Source: Eledone cirrhosa (lineage: Eukaryota). From it: a stretch of 64,000 nucleotides of DNA. Both the position numbers and the translations under genes were made by a program. Shown here in pieces: positions 40,498-54,300 of this stretch (position 1 is its first letter; every line of letters begins with the position of its first letter). The DNA is taken from positions 48,360,001-48,424,000 of the forward strand of contig OZ024746.1 in NCBI GenBank assembly GCA_964016885.1. Reading direction: 5' to 3'. The notes beneath the pieces were generated by a model. That model was given only the letters and a program-made list of their open reading frames with translations, ran no database searches and had not been told where the DNA came from.

Positions 40498-41980
40498 TGC
40501 ATTAGTCTTAGAAGCCTTGTGGTGCTGTGCTGGTTGGAGATAATAATGATGATTATTGGCTGTTAAGATGGTGATAGTAATAATGGTGTGGTGGCGGTGA
40601 TGTTGATGGTGGTCGTAGCAGTGTTGTTATATTGAAGGTGGTTAGAACTTTGATATTGGTTGTTATGGTATTAATATAGATGTGGAGGTGTTGGTGGTGG
40701 TGATGGCGGTGGTGATGGTTTTGGTGGTGGTGATGGTTTTGGTAGTAGTGATGGCGTTTGTGGTGGGAGTTAAAATTATGATGATAGTTATTAGCTACGG
40801 TGTCGGTGATGTGATGGTGGATGGTGATGTTGTTTAATTCTGGTCAGCTCTGGCCCAGCAGAGCTATGGTCAAATATATTCCAGCACGGAAAATCTCCGC
40901 CCTTTTCACGGATATTGCCTACCTAGGGCAACACTATTCAATGTGTATTGGGTCATCAAGTATGAAATTTTTACAAATTCCATATTTGAGGACCCAATAT
41001 CTCCTTTTTAAAGACAGTAGAGTGTAATTTAAGGGATGTTAGACTGCTATCGTTTCCCACAGATACACCCCCCCCCCTGTTTATTTTTTCCCACATATAA
41101 AATCCTCCTTTCTTCCTACATATACAATCCCTGTATCTATCTCTTCCCACATATTTAGTCCTCTATCTCTACCTATATATATGGTCCCCCCTCTCTTTCT
41201 CTTTTTCAGCCCTTAATTTTACAGACTCATACAAACACATACACATATGAACACATACATAGCCATACACATACATACAGCCATATTATATATACACGCA
41301 GGAACAAACCATTCGTACGTACACATACTCACACATACTCACACATGCACATATATGCAGGAGTTTTATTAAAATAAACCCTTCAAATACACATGCACAC
41401 TCACAGACACACACACTCACACACACCACATACATACACACGTCCTCTCTCTCTCTTTCTCTCTCTCTCTCACACATACATACATATATATCCATAATTT
41501 TCATAACCACACATAGACACATATAACGTCCTCAAACCCACCTTCATATTACCCCACTATCATCTAGACACACAGACACACAGACACACAGACACACAGA
41601 CACACAGTTACATGCAAACGCATACATATTCCTCGCCATACATACTCACACATACTCATACAGTACATACTAACACATACTCATATTGTACATACTAACA
41701 CATACTCATATAGTACATACTCACACAGTACATGCTCACACATATTCACACATGCTCACACATGCACACATATGTAGTAGTCGTTTCATTCAGTGTATCA
41801 CTCGTCATCATATACTGTATATGTGAGTTAAGATCATATTTTGGATGAAGCAGTCGATCTGACTGAATTCAGCTTAGAATAGGTCAGTGATAAACCACCA
41901 GGCACTTATTTAGTTATTTATCTTACTCGTGTGAATCAATCTCTTCACAGGCTTGCAGGCTTGAAAAGTGGTCAGTTTAT

Positions 41981-42020
<40 letters not shown>

Positions 42021-42146
42021 TGTTGAGACAATATGGGTCAGGTGAATGTAGTGGTTCACTAAAGATGTTGAGAGAATGATGATAGCGTTTCTATAATAGT
42101 AGTAGTACTCTTGTGTGTTCATATGTATGTGTGTATGTATGTGGAT

Positions 42147-42530
<384 letters not shown>

Positions 42531-42798
42531 ATATTGATGTTGTGGACAACAGTTTCATGTTTACACGGTGGATTAGATGCGACATATATTATACGATAAT
42601 TGTACAATAATTAAAATTAAAATTAAAATTAAAAACTAAAAATTAAAATTAAAATTAAAATTAAAAGCACAGGGTGGAATACATGCGACAGATAATACAA
42701 GAGAATAGTCTAATAATTAAAGAGATAGTACATGCGTTAGTCATATATTAAATGATTTAAACATAACTTTGGTACTTATGTAATCTATATATATATAT

Positions 42799-42894
<96 letters not shown>

Positions 42895-43775
42895 GTCGCT
42901 CGTACGTTCGTATTTGGTATGGTTTCGTCGGCTGGATACCCTTTCTAACGCCAACACCTTTGTAGAGTGCACTGAGTGCTTCTGATCCAGCATTGGAGAA
43001 TGCTTCATGCTCTTGGTAAAAATTAACGAGTCCTCTCGATATCACGTTGTCTCCGTTTGTCCCCCAAATAAACGTGAGTGAAATTGTGAAAGAAGGAAGA
43101 GTATGAGTATAACGGGAAAAGCAGGGTGGTTAAATGAGAGAGATAGAGAGCAAATTGTCGGAGGGGTAATGTAAGATGTATAGTGATGAACAGCTACATA
43201 CTGGTTGTTGGACAGGAGATTGGATAATAAAAACACAATAATTTGTATGATTAGTAATGTGTGGGTGATAGGAGAGATATCGTGCTTCAAGGGGCTCTAC
43301 AAGATGTGAAGGAGAGTGATGTATGTCAACAATGAGTGATAGAGGTCGGAGTAATATAAATGCGCATGAGTGTATGTATGAGAAAAGGCGAGAGTGAGGG
43401 AGAGGTGAGACAAAGATATAATTATATTGAAATATAATCAATATACACATACATATAGTAATCTTGTAAGACCATCTTAGATTGTTTTTATACGAAATCG
43501 TATGTTGAAACAATTATTGTTATATTTGCGGAGAGTCATGTATTATAATTTTGCTAGCAATATATAATAAAACACACTCATCGTTTGGTTTAGGTTGGTT
43601 TTCTCTTCAATGCATTTTATATCCTATAGTTAATTTAGCTGGCAATCAATATTTATCATTGATTGACCAACAGTTAAATATATATATATTTAACTCCGTT
43701 TATATATATATATATTTATATGTAATTTAATTTATATATATTTATATGTAATTTAATTTATATATATACCTATAT

Positions 43776-44567
43776 AGACGTAAAATAAGAAAATTATAAA
43801 AATTAACTTACTTACTAAAATTTCACTCCAACTAATTAGTTTCTGAAAGGGAATAAACATGGTTTCCGAATGGAACATGGAGAATACCTTTCGTCATCAG
43901 GAAATCAATTCTCAGCTAGGTTCCCAGGCGATGTGTGGACACAGGGAACTTATACAAAAATAATTCAGTGGATGGAAAAAAGCAAGCGAGGACTAAATTC
44001 CAGGACATTGAAAAAATCACTGCCTACTTGGTCGGTGGCAAATTCAAAAGAATCAATCACGTGACATCGAGGTTAATCAGTGAGGAGTGGGGTGTTAATA
44101 AGACAGTAGCCGGACTATTACTATGAACTATAGTAGTAGTTTTGGCAAATTTTTGCTCAACAAAATAATTTGGAGATAATTATAAAGAATTAGTATATCT
44201 ACCAACATATATATACAGATGCATACCTATGCTAGCAAATATATAGGTTTTGCCTTAGTAACTTTGTGGTTCAATGCAAGGGGATGCAGAACAATTATAT
44301 GAAAGACGTAAAATAAGAAAATTATAAAAATTAACTTACTTACTAAAATTTCAGAAACCATGTTTATTCCCTTTCAGAAACTAATTAGTTGGAGTGAAAT
44401 TTTAGTAAGTAAGTTAATTTTTATAATTTTCTTATTTTACGTCTTTCATATAATTGTTCTGCATCCCCTTGCATTGAACCACAAAGTTACTAAGACAAAA
44501 CCTATATATTTGCTAGCATAGGTATGCATCTGTATATATATGTTGGTAGATATACTAATTCTTTATA
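43776..44567. repeat. Direct-plus-inverted repeat element: palindrome 44181-44567 whose centre reuses 43776-43867
   Basis: agacgtaaaataagaaaattataaaaattaacttacttactaaaatttca occurs at 43776 and 44303, with its reverse complement at about 44395-44444. Confidence 0.8.
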
Positions 44568-44574
44568 TATATAT

Positions 44575-45172
44575 AGTATTAAGGATACTATTTATGGTTA
44601 TGTATATACTAAAACCTTTTATAGTTATATATATTTTAAACCCTAAATAGTGAAAGACAGTAATTTATTACTATCTTATTACCAGTAAGATAAATAGCTC
44701 AATGTAATAACATCATTTGTTCTACAGAGCAGTTATATAGAAATTACATGAATCAAAGTTCTGTTTAAAACATTTATTCGCTTACAATTATTTCTTCCAA
44801 ACCGAGGTTTGGAGTCTTCGGAGCAAGTTTTCAATCATTGTTTACATACATGACCTCCTTTCCAACACAAGAGACATACAGAAACATATGTATATATTGA
44901 TGCACAGTGGGGTGACATCTATTATAATATTTTAGCATGGCAATTTACATCTTTGAATGTAAATTGCCATGCTAAAATATTATAATAGATGTCACCCCAC
45001 TGTGCATCAATATATACATATGTTTCTGTATGTCTCTTGTGTTGGAAAGGAGGTCATGTATGTAAACAATCATTGAAAACTTGCTCCGAAGACTCCAAAC
45101 CTCGGTTTGGAAGAAACAATTGTAAGCTCATAAATGGTTTAAACAGTACTTTAATTCTGTAATTTCTATATA
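44575..45172. repeat. Palindromic element (arms ~215 bp, centre about 44953) with an HHR variant in each arm (45083-45127 +, 44780-44824 -)
   Basis: GCU CCGAAGA c UCCAAACC uc GGUUUGGA a GAAA CAAUUG UA AGC. Confidence 0.8.
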
Positions 45173-45193
45173 TATATATATACATATATGTAT

Positions 45194-45230
<37 letters not shown>

Positions 45231-45399
45231 GATATATATATATGTATACATACATACATACATACATACATGCATATATATATAGTCTCTCAGAGAGGAT
45301 TTGTTATCTAAATACAAGTTAGATGTGAAAGTTAAAAGTATTATAAATTTTAATTTTATCTAGAATATAATAGAACATGCCAAACCATATGCGTAATCT

Positions 45400-45680
45400 T
45401 TGCATCTCTGAAAAAATATGTTGGCAGAATCGAACCACGCCTTGCGATAGTGAAAAAGGTGGAATCTTGCCTGGTATGGTCATATATCCCCCAACATCTC
45501 CTTGTTCAAAGCCATCTTTCAGGGCATAGTCGAGGGAGGGCGAATAATAGGCAGACAAAGAAATCTTGGTGCGACAACATCAAAGATTGGACAACACCGA
45601 GACTCTTCTAAGCATGGCGAAGAATAGAGACCAATGATGACGACTGACTACAAAAGTGTCTAGAGTGGCACCGCAATGAC
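45400..45680 (+). pseudogene. RTE-like LINE 3' fragment
   Basis: Frameshifted LAWYGH...KAIFQGIVEGGR..GRQ / WCDNIKDWT. Confidence 0.6.
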
Positions 45681-46069
45681 TGTCTGCGCCAGTGGCACAT
45701 CTCGAGTGGTACCCCAACGACTGGCTGCATAAGTTGCAGGAACATGATAATAATGATGTACCTCAGAAAAAATGGATTCTATATATGTTCCACCCTCAAT
45801 GTCCATTCATAATCAAACTCTTTTTAGCAACATTAATTGAAGACAGTATCGGTAGATGCTTAAGATGTGTTTCTTAATATTATTTGAAGGCAGTAACGGT
45901 AGATGCTTAAGATGTGTTTCTTAACTGGAGAAATCACTTTTTATTTATACTGGCAAAGGCCCAAACGTTTATGCAGTTGGTTGAAGAAAAGGATACTACA
46001 AAATCGATGTTTCTCTCTCTCACATTTCCCTCTCCTCTCTCTCCCCCATCAATGCCCCATCCTCTGCCA

Positions 46070-46172
<103 letters not shown>

Positions 46173-46389
46173 TTTACGTATCGAGAAAGAGAGAAAAAAA
46201 GGAGGGATAGGTGATACATATAGTTATTTGCCAAGTAGCGTATGCCAAAGGTGCTCGATACTAGTGCCGGCAGTATTAAATATTCGAAGTGTTAATATTT
46301 AGTGGGCTAGAGAGTTAGCAGAGTGTAAGCACGTGGGAAAGTGAAAAATCGGAGAATAGACCGTTAAAACATGTTTATTTAAAATATCA

Positions 46390-46425
46390 CCTACGTACGT
46401 TTCGCCCAGTTGGGCTTCTCAAGGG
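46390..46425 (-). ncRNA. Minimal hammerhead variant (CUUGAGAA core)
   Basis: CC CUUGAGAA GCCC aacu GGGC GAAA CGUACG UA GG, with a palindromic stem III. Confidence 0.55.
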
Positions 46426-46677
46426 CATAAACAATCACAAGTGTTCCTTATATAGTTCAGAAAGAGTTTTGGGGGTTAAATCCACATCAAGATTCATTGC
46501 TCGCAAAAATATCTTGTTTTGATTTTGCAGCAGGTCAAGGGAGGTAACTTTGGCCGGTGTTAGGGCAGTCTTTCCCGGATAATTTTTGGTATGCAGGTAT
46601 AGTTTTCTGGGTGTTATTTTGCTGCGCCTGCCCGCCGGGGTGTTAAGACTTGTTGCAGGGAGATCCAGTGTGCTATT

Positions 46678-47646
46678 TCACTCTTCATTCTTAACCCATC
46701 TAAAGAAGGATATTTTTAAGCGATGTGTACAACTTATCGCTGTTTCAGCTCTGCTGTTGATGAGCTCGTGGGGTGCAGTTATGATGTGGTAGAGCTCCAT
46801 GAGGCAAAGATCGCATTTCCTCTTGAAGTTGTACGGTGCAGCCCTGTCGAGAATCTCCCAGTGCGTGGAGAAGCTAATGTTTAAGTCCTTTAGTGATGTG
46901 ATGTAGTCCGCGAGCGAGGTGGAGTGCCTTAGTTTTCTATTTGTGAAAGAGTGGAGATGTGTTCGAAACCTAATTTTGAACGGGCCGGAGGTGGCCCCTA
47001 TATAATATTTAACGCTATTGTGGCTAGTAATAGTGCATCTATATATAACCCTATCGGTCAAGCAGTATCCTCTAAGGGGGCACCGTCCTCTGTCGCGGCA
47101 GTTGCAATTTCTGTCGCTGTTCCGTCTATTTCCCACGATAAGGCTATCATTGTTGCTGCCTACGTTGCTAGCTGCGCTACCGCAGCTGTCGTTAGCACAA
47201 TTACAACCCACAGCACGCGGGATGGTGCGATTGTTATTCCGCACGCCATGTTTTGCATGCTCTCCAGTCACTTCGCGGTCATTCTGGTTGCGTCTGCGGA
47301 TGCCGTTGCCAACACTATTGGATGCTGTCAGGGAGTTGTTAAGGCCGATACAGTTATTGTCAGGTGTAGGTGCGTCTGCGTCGAGGTGCTGTGTCTTGGT
47401 GATCTTACTGTGGTTCGTTGTTCCTATGATGTCTGTTAGGTTAGGAGTAGTAGAGAAGGATATTTTTATATTGTTCCTATTAAGAATTTTTCTATACCTA
47501 TGGTTGGGTGGGAAGTTCTTCTCTAAGGCTTCGAAGAATATCCGGGGTATGTTGGAGGCCACACTTCGAGAGTAGGGGGGGGTGGAGCCATAGGACGTTA
47601 CGGTGGCGATTACGTGTCCTTGTACTTTTGCTACGGGTGGTTCCAT
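46678..47646 (-). CDS. PLE C-terminal region with Cys-rich GIY-YIG endonuclease
   Basis: PPYS..VASNI...KNFP..H...LNRNNIKISFS...CNCR....CPLRGYCL...VIY...YIGAT...FKIRF..H...CDLCLME...NSR.E...C.H. Probably frameshifted just upstream of PPYS, since LWLHPP lies in the neighbouring frame. Confidence 0.82.
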   Translation of the reverse strand: MEPPVAKVQGHVIATVTSYGSTPPYSRSVASNIPRIFFEALEKNFPPNHRYRKILNRNNIKISFSTTPNLTDIIGTTNHSKITKTQHLDADAPTPDNNCIGLNNSLTASNSVGNGIRRRNQNDREVTGEHAKHGVRNNNRTIPRAVGCNCANDSCGSAASNVGSNNDSLIVGNRRNSDRNCNCRDRGRCPLRGYCLTDRVIYRCTITSHNSVKYYIGATSGPFKIRFRTHLHSFTNRKLRHSTSLADYITSLKDLNISFSTHWEILDRAAPYNFKRKCDLCLMELYHIITAPHELINSRAETAISCTHRLKISFFRWVKNEE

Positions 47647-47794
47647 CTAAGTGATCGCTCTTATGTGTGTTAATGCGCTGTCGCCCGTTCGGTGCCCCTT
47701 TCACTTTATGCTCGGGTGCACTCTTTCTACCACTTCCATGTTTATGTACACGAAGATGTTGGTTGGAAGGCGTTGGTAGTAGGCCGTCGCCTAT

Positions 47795-48264
47795 AAGTAT
47801 GTATACGTACATATGTATGTACGTATACATACTTATATTTAAGTAACAGCCGTACTAAGAGTGAGAAATGAAATTTCGTTTCATTTTTTCCATTTATCGT
47901 TTTCGGTACCCTGGCCGATTAACTCACTCGATATGCAAATTAGGCTGCTCAGTCGTTAATATGCATAAGGAAAGTATATACTTTCAGACGTTCAATCAAC
48001 TGGCAGGAAGATATACGTTGCTGACGATAGCTAATAAGCTTGAAACTAGTACAGCGTTCCTTTGTCAGTGTTGAACAAATGAGCAACGATGGTTGCTAGA
48101 CACTGTACGGCTTAATTCGGGATGTTTGTTTACAAACACACCGGGCATTATAATAAATGTTCGGTGAATCCATACGTACATATATATATATGTGTGCATG
48201 TATGTATATATATATATACATACTACTGTACATCTGTATACATATATGTATGTACGTATACATA

Positions 48265-48265
<1 letters not shown>
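47795..48265 (+). repeat. Inverted, more diverged copy of the HHR satellite unit (HHR at 48015-48057, + strand)
   Basis: Reverse complement of the array unit: ACGUUG CUGACGA U AGCU aaua AGCU U GAAA CUAG UA CAGCGU. Confidence 0.85.
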
Positions 48266-48312
<47 letters not shown>

Positions 48313-48317
<5 letters not shown>

Positions 48318-51300
48318 GGAATAGAATGAAACGAAATTTCATTTCTAACTCTTTGTACGGCACTTACATAAATGTAAGTATGTATGTATACGTACATACA
48401 TATATGTATACAGACGTAAGTAGTATGTATATATATACATACATGCACACATAGATATATGCATGTATCGGTTTACCGAACATTTATTATAATGTAAACA
48501 AACAAACAGCCCGAATTACGCCGTACAGTGTTTAGGCAACCACGACACCTTTTTGTTCAACACTGACAAAAGAACAATGTACTAGTTTCAAGCTTATTAG
48601 CTATCGTCAGCATCGTATAATTCCTACCAGATGGTTGAACGTCTGAAAGTATATACTTTCCTTATGCATATTAACGGCTGAGCAGCCTAATTTTCATATC
48701 GAGTGAGTTCAGTCGGCCGGGCACACCGAAAACGATAAATGGAATAGAATGAAACGAAATTTCATTTCTCACTCTTTGTACGGCACTTACTTAAATGTAT
48801 GTATGTATGTATACGTACATACATATATGTATACAGACATACAGTAGTATGTATATATATACAAACATGCACACATAGATATATGCAGGTATCGGTTTAC
48901 CAAACATTTATTATAATGTTCGGTTTGTTTGTGTGTAAACAAACAAACAGCCCGAACTACGCCGTACAGTGTTTAGGCAACCACGTCATCTTTTTGTTCA
49001 ACACTGACAAAAGAACAATGTACTAGTTTCAAGCTTATTAGCTATCGTCAGCATCGTATACCTTCCTGCCAGATGGTTGAACGTCTGAAAGTATATACTT
49101 TCCTTATGCATATTAACGGCTGAGCAGCCTAATTTGCATATCGAGTGAGTTCAGTCGGCCGGGCACACCGAAAACGATAAATGGAATAGAATGAAACGAA
49201 ATTTCATTTCTCACTCTTTGTACGGCACTTAATTAAATGTATGTATGTATGTATACGTACATACATATATGTATACAGACGTACAGTAGTATGTTTTTTA
49301 CATGCACACATATATATATGCACGTATCGGTTTACCAAACATTTATTATAATTTTTGGTTTGTTTGTTTGTAAACAAACAGCCCGAATTACGCCGTACAG
49401 TATTTAGGCAACCACGTCACCTTTTTGTTCAACACTGACACAGGAACCATGTACTAGTTTCAAGCTTATTAGCTATCGTCAGCATCGTATACCTTCCTGC
49501 CAGATGGTTGAACGTCTGAAAGTATATACTTTCCTTATGCATATTAACGGCTGAGCAGCCTAATTTACATATCGAGTGATTTCAGTCGGCCGGGCACACC
49601 GAAAACGATAAATGAAATAGAATGAAACGAAATTTAATTTCTCACTCTTTGTACGGCACTTACTTAAATGTAAGTATGTATGTATGTATACGTACATACA
49701 TATATGTTTATAGACGTACAGTAGTATGTATATATATACATACATATATATATATGCACGTATCGGTTTACCGAACATTTATTACAATGTTCAGTTTGTT
49801 TGTTTGTAAACAAACAAACAGCCCGAATTACGCCGTACAGTGTTTAGGCAACCACGACACCTTTTTGTTCAACACTTACACAGGAACGATGTACTAGTTT
49901 CAAGCTTATTAGCTATCGTCAGCATCGTATACCTTCCTGCCAGATGGTTGAACGTCTGAAAGTATATACTTTCCTTATGCATATTAACGGCTGAGCAGCC
50001 TAATTTGCATATCGAGTGAGTTCAGTCGGCCGGGCACACCGAAAACGATAAATGGAATAGAATGAAACGAAATTTCATTTCTCACTCTTTGTACGGCACT
50101 TAATTAAATGTATGTATGTATGTATACGTACATACATATATGTATACAGACGTACAGTAGTATGTTTTTTACATGCACACATATATATATGCACGTATCG
50201 GTTTACCAAACATTTATTATAATTTTTGGTTTGTTTGTTTGTAAACAAACAGCCCGAATTACGCCGTACAGTATTTAGGCAACCACGTCACCTTTTTGTT
50301 CAACACTGACACAGGAACCATGTACTAGTTTCAAGCTTATTAGCTATCGTCAGCATCGTATACCTTCCTGCCAGATGGTTGAACGTCTGAAAGTATATAC
50401 TTTCCTTATGCATATTAACGGCTGAGCAGCCTAATTTACATATCGAGTGATTTCAGTCGGCCGGGCACACCGAAAACGATAAATGAAATAGAATGAAACG
50501 AAATTTAATTTCTCACTCTTTGTACGGCACTTACTTAAATGTAAGTATGTATGTATGTATACGTACATACATATATGTTTACAGACGTACAGTAGTATGT
50601 ATATATATACATACATATATATATATGCACGTATCGGTTTACCGAACATTTATTACAATGTTCAGTTTGTTTGTTTGTAAACAAACAAACAGCCCGAATT
50701 ACGCCGTAGTGTTTAGGCAACCACGACACCTTTTTGTTCAACACTGACACAGGAACGATGTACTAGTTTCAAGCTTATTAGCTATCGTCAGCATCGTATA
50801 CCTTCCTGCCAGATGGTTGAACGTCTGAAAGTATATACTTTCCTTATGCATATTAACGGCTGAGCAGCCCAATTTGCATATCGAGTGAGTTCAGTCGGCC
50901 GGGCACACCGAAAACGATAAATCGAATAGAATGAAACGAAATTTCATTTCTCACTCTTTGTACGGCCCTTACTTAAATTAAGTATGTATGTATACGTACA
51001 TACATATATGTATACAGACATACAGTAGTATGTATATATATACATACATGCACACATAGATATATGCAGGTATCGGTTTACCAAACATTTATTATAATGT
51101 TCGGCTTGTTTGTTTGTAAACAAACAAACAGCCCGAATTACGCCGTACAGTGTTTAGGCAACCACGTCATCTTTTTGTTCAACAGTGACAAAAGAACAAT
51201 GAACTAGTTTCAAGCTTATTAGCTATCGTCAGCATCGTATACCTTCCTGCCAGATGGTTGAACGTCTGAAAGTATATACTTTCCTTATGCATATTAACGG

Positions 51301-54300
51301 CTGAGCAGCCTAATTTGCATATCAAGTGAGTTCAGTCGGCCGCGCACACCGAAAACGATAAATGGAATAGAATGAAACGAAATTTCATTTCTCATTCATT
51401 GTACGGCACTTAATTAAATGTATGTATGTATACGTACATACATATATGTATACAGACGTACAGTAGTATGTTTTTTACATGCACACATATATATATATGC
51501 ACGTATCGGTTTACCGAACATTTATTATAATGTTCGGTTTGTTTGTTTGTAAACAAACAAACAGCCCGAATTACGCCGTACAATGTTTAGGTAACAACGT
51601 CACCTTTTTGTTTAACACTGACACAGGAACGATGTACTAGTTTCAAGCTTATTAGCTATCGTCAGCATCGTATACCTTCCTGCCAGATGGTTGAACGTCT
51701 TAAAGTATATACTTTCCTTATGCATATTAACGGCTGAGCAGCCTAATACATATATGTATACAGACGTACAATAGTATGTATATATATACATACATGCACA
51801 CATATATATATATATGCACGTATCGGTTTACCAAACATTTATTATAATTTTCGGTTTGTTTGTTTGTAAACAAACAGCCCGAATTACGCCGTACAGTATT
51901 TAGGCAACCACGTCACCTTTTTGTTCAACACTGACACAGGAACCATGTACTAGTTTCAAGCTTATTAGCTATCGTCAGCATCGTATACCTTCCTGCCAGA
52001 TGGTTGAACGTCTGAAAGTATATACTTTCCTTATGCATATTAACGGCTGAGCAGCCTAATTTACATATCGAGTGATTTCAGTCGGCCGGGCACACCGAAA
52101 ACGATAAATGAAATAGAATGAAACGAAATTTAATTTCTCACTCTTTGTACGGCACTTACTTAAATGTAAGTATGTATGTATGTATACGTACATACATATA
52201 TGTTTACAGACGTAAATATATATACATACATATATATATGCACGTATCGGTTTACCGAACATTTATTACAATGTTCAGTTTGTTTGTTTGTAAACACACA
52301 AACAGCCCGAATTACGCCGTACAGTGTTTAGGCAACCACGACACCTTTTTGTTCAACACTGACACTGGAACGATGTACTAGTTTCAAGCTTATTAGCTAT
52401 CGTCAGCATCGTATACCTTCCTGCCAGATGGTTGAACGTCTGAAAGTATATACTTTCCTTATGCATATTAACGGCTGAGCAGCCTAATTTGCATATCGAG
52501 TGAGTTCAGTCGGCCGGGCACACCGAAAACGATAAATGGAATAGAATGAAACGAAATTTCATTTCTCACTCATTTTTACGGCACTTAATTAAATGTATCT
52601 ATGTATGTATACGTACATACATATATGTATACAGACGTACAGTAGTATGTTTTTTACAGGCACACATATATATATGCACGTATCGGTTTACCGAACATTT
52701 ATTATAATGTTCGGTTTGTTTGTTTGTAAACAAACAGCCCGAATTACGCCGTACAGTATTTAGGCAACCACGTCACCTTTTTGTTCAACACTGACACAGG
52801 AACCATGTACTAGTTTCAAGCTTATTAGCTATCGTCAGCATCGTATACCTTCCTGCCAGATGGTTGAACGTCTAAAAGTATATACTTTCCTTATGCATAT
52901 TAACGGCTGAGCAGCCTAATTTACATATCGAGTGATTTCAGTCGGCCGGGCACACCGAAAACGATAAATGAAATAGAATGAAACGAAATTTAATTTCTCA
53001 CTCTTTGTACGGCACTTACTTAAATGTAAGTATGTATGTATGTATACGTACATACATATATGTTTACAGACGTACAGTAGTATGTATATATATACATATA
53101 TGCACAAATAGATATATGCAGGTATCGGTTTACCAAACATTTATTATAATGTTCGGTTTGTTTGTTTGTAAACAAACAAACAGCCCGAATTACGCCGTAC
53201 AGTGTTTAGGCAACCACGTCATCTTTTTGTTCAACAGTGACAAAAGAACAATGAACTAGTTTCAAGCTTATTAGCTATCGTCAGCATCGTATACCTTCCT
53301 GCCAGATGGTTGAACGTCTGAAAGTATATACTTTCCTTATGCATATTAACGGCTGAGCAGCCTAATTTGCATATCAAGTGAGTTCAGTCGGCCGCGCACA
53401 CCGAAAACGATAAATGGAATAGAATGAAACGAAATTTCATTTCTCACTCATTGTACGGCACTTAATTAAATGTATGTATGTATACGTACATACATATATG
53501 TATACAGACGTACAGTAGTATGTTTTTTACATGCACACATATATATATGCACGTATCGGTTTACCGAACATCTATTATAATGTTCGGTTTGTTTGTTTGT
53601 AAACAAACAAACAGCCCGAATTACGCCGTACAATGTTTAGGTAACAACGTCACCTTTTTGTTTAACACTGACACAGGAACGATGTACTAGTTTCAAGCTT
53701 ATTAGCTATCGTCAGCATCGTATACCTTCCTGCCAGATGGTTGAACGTCTGAAAGAATATTCTTTCCTTATGCATATTAACGGCTGAGCAGCCTAATACA
53801 TATATGTATACAGACGTACAGTAGTATGTATATATATACATACATGCACACATATATATATATATGCACGTATCGGTTTACCAAACATTTTTCATAATTT
53901 TCGGTTTGTTTGTTTGTAAACAAACAGCCCGAATTACGCCGTACAGTATTTAGGCAACCACGTCACCTTTTTGTTCAACACTGACACAGGAACCATGTAC
54001 TAGTTTCAAGCTTATTAGCTATCGCCAGCATCGTATACCTTCCTGCCAGATGGTTGAACGTCTGAAAGTATATACTTTCCTTATGCATATTAACGGCTGA
54101 GCAGCCTAATTTACATATCGAGTGATTTCAGTCGGCCGGGCACACCGAAAACGATAAATGAAATAGAATGAAACGAAATTTAATTTCTCACGCTTTGTAC
54201 AGCACTTACTTAAATGTAAGTATGTATGTATGTATACGTACATACATATATGTTTACAGACGTAAATATATATACATACATATATATATGCACGTATCGG

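Larger units (their letters stand above)
46230..47795 (-). mobile_element. 5'-truncated PLE (family B-related)
   Basis: GIY-YIG ORF homologous to 16718-17608, with an HHR variant in the downstream UTR. Confidence 0.8.
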
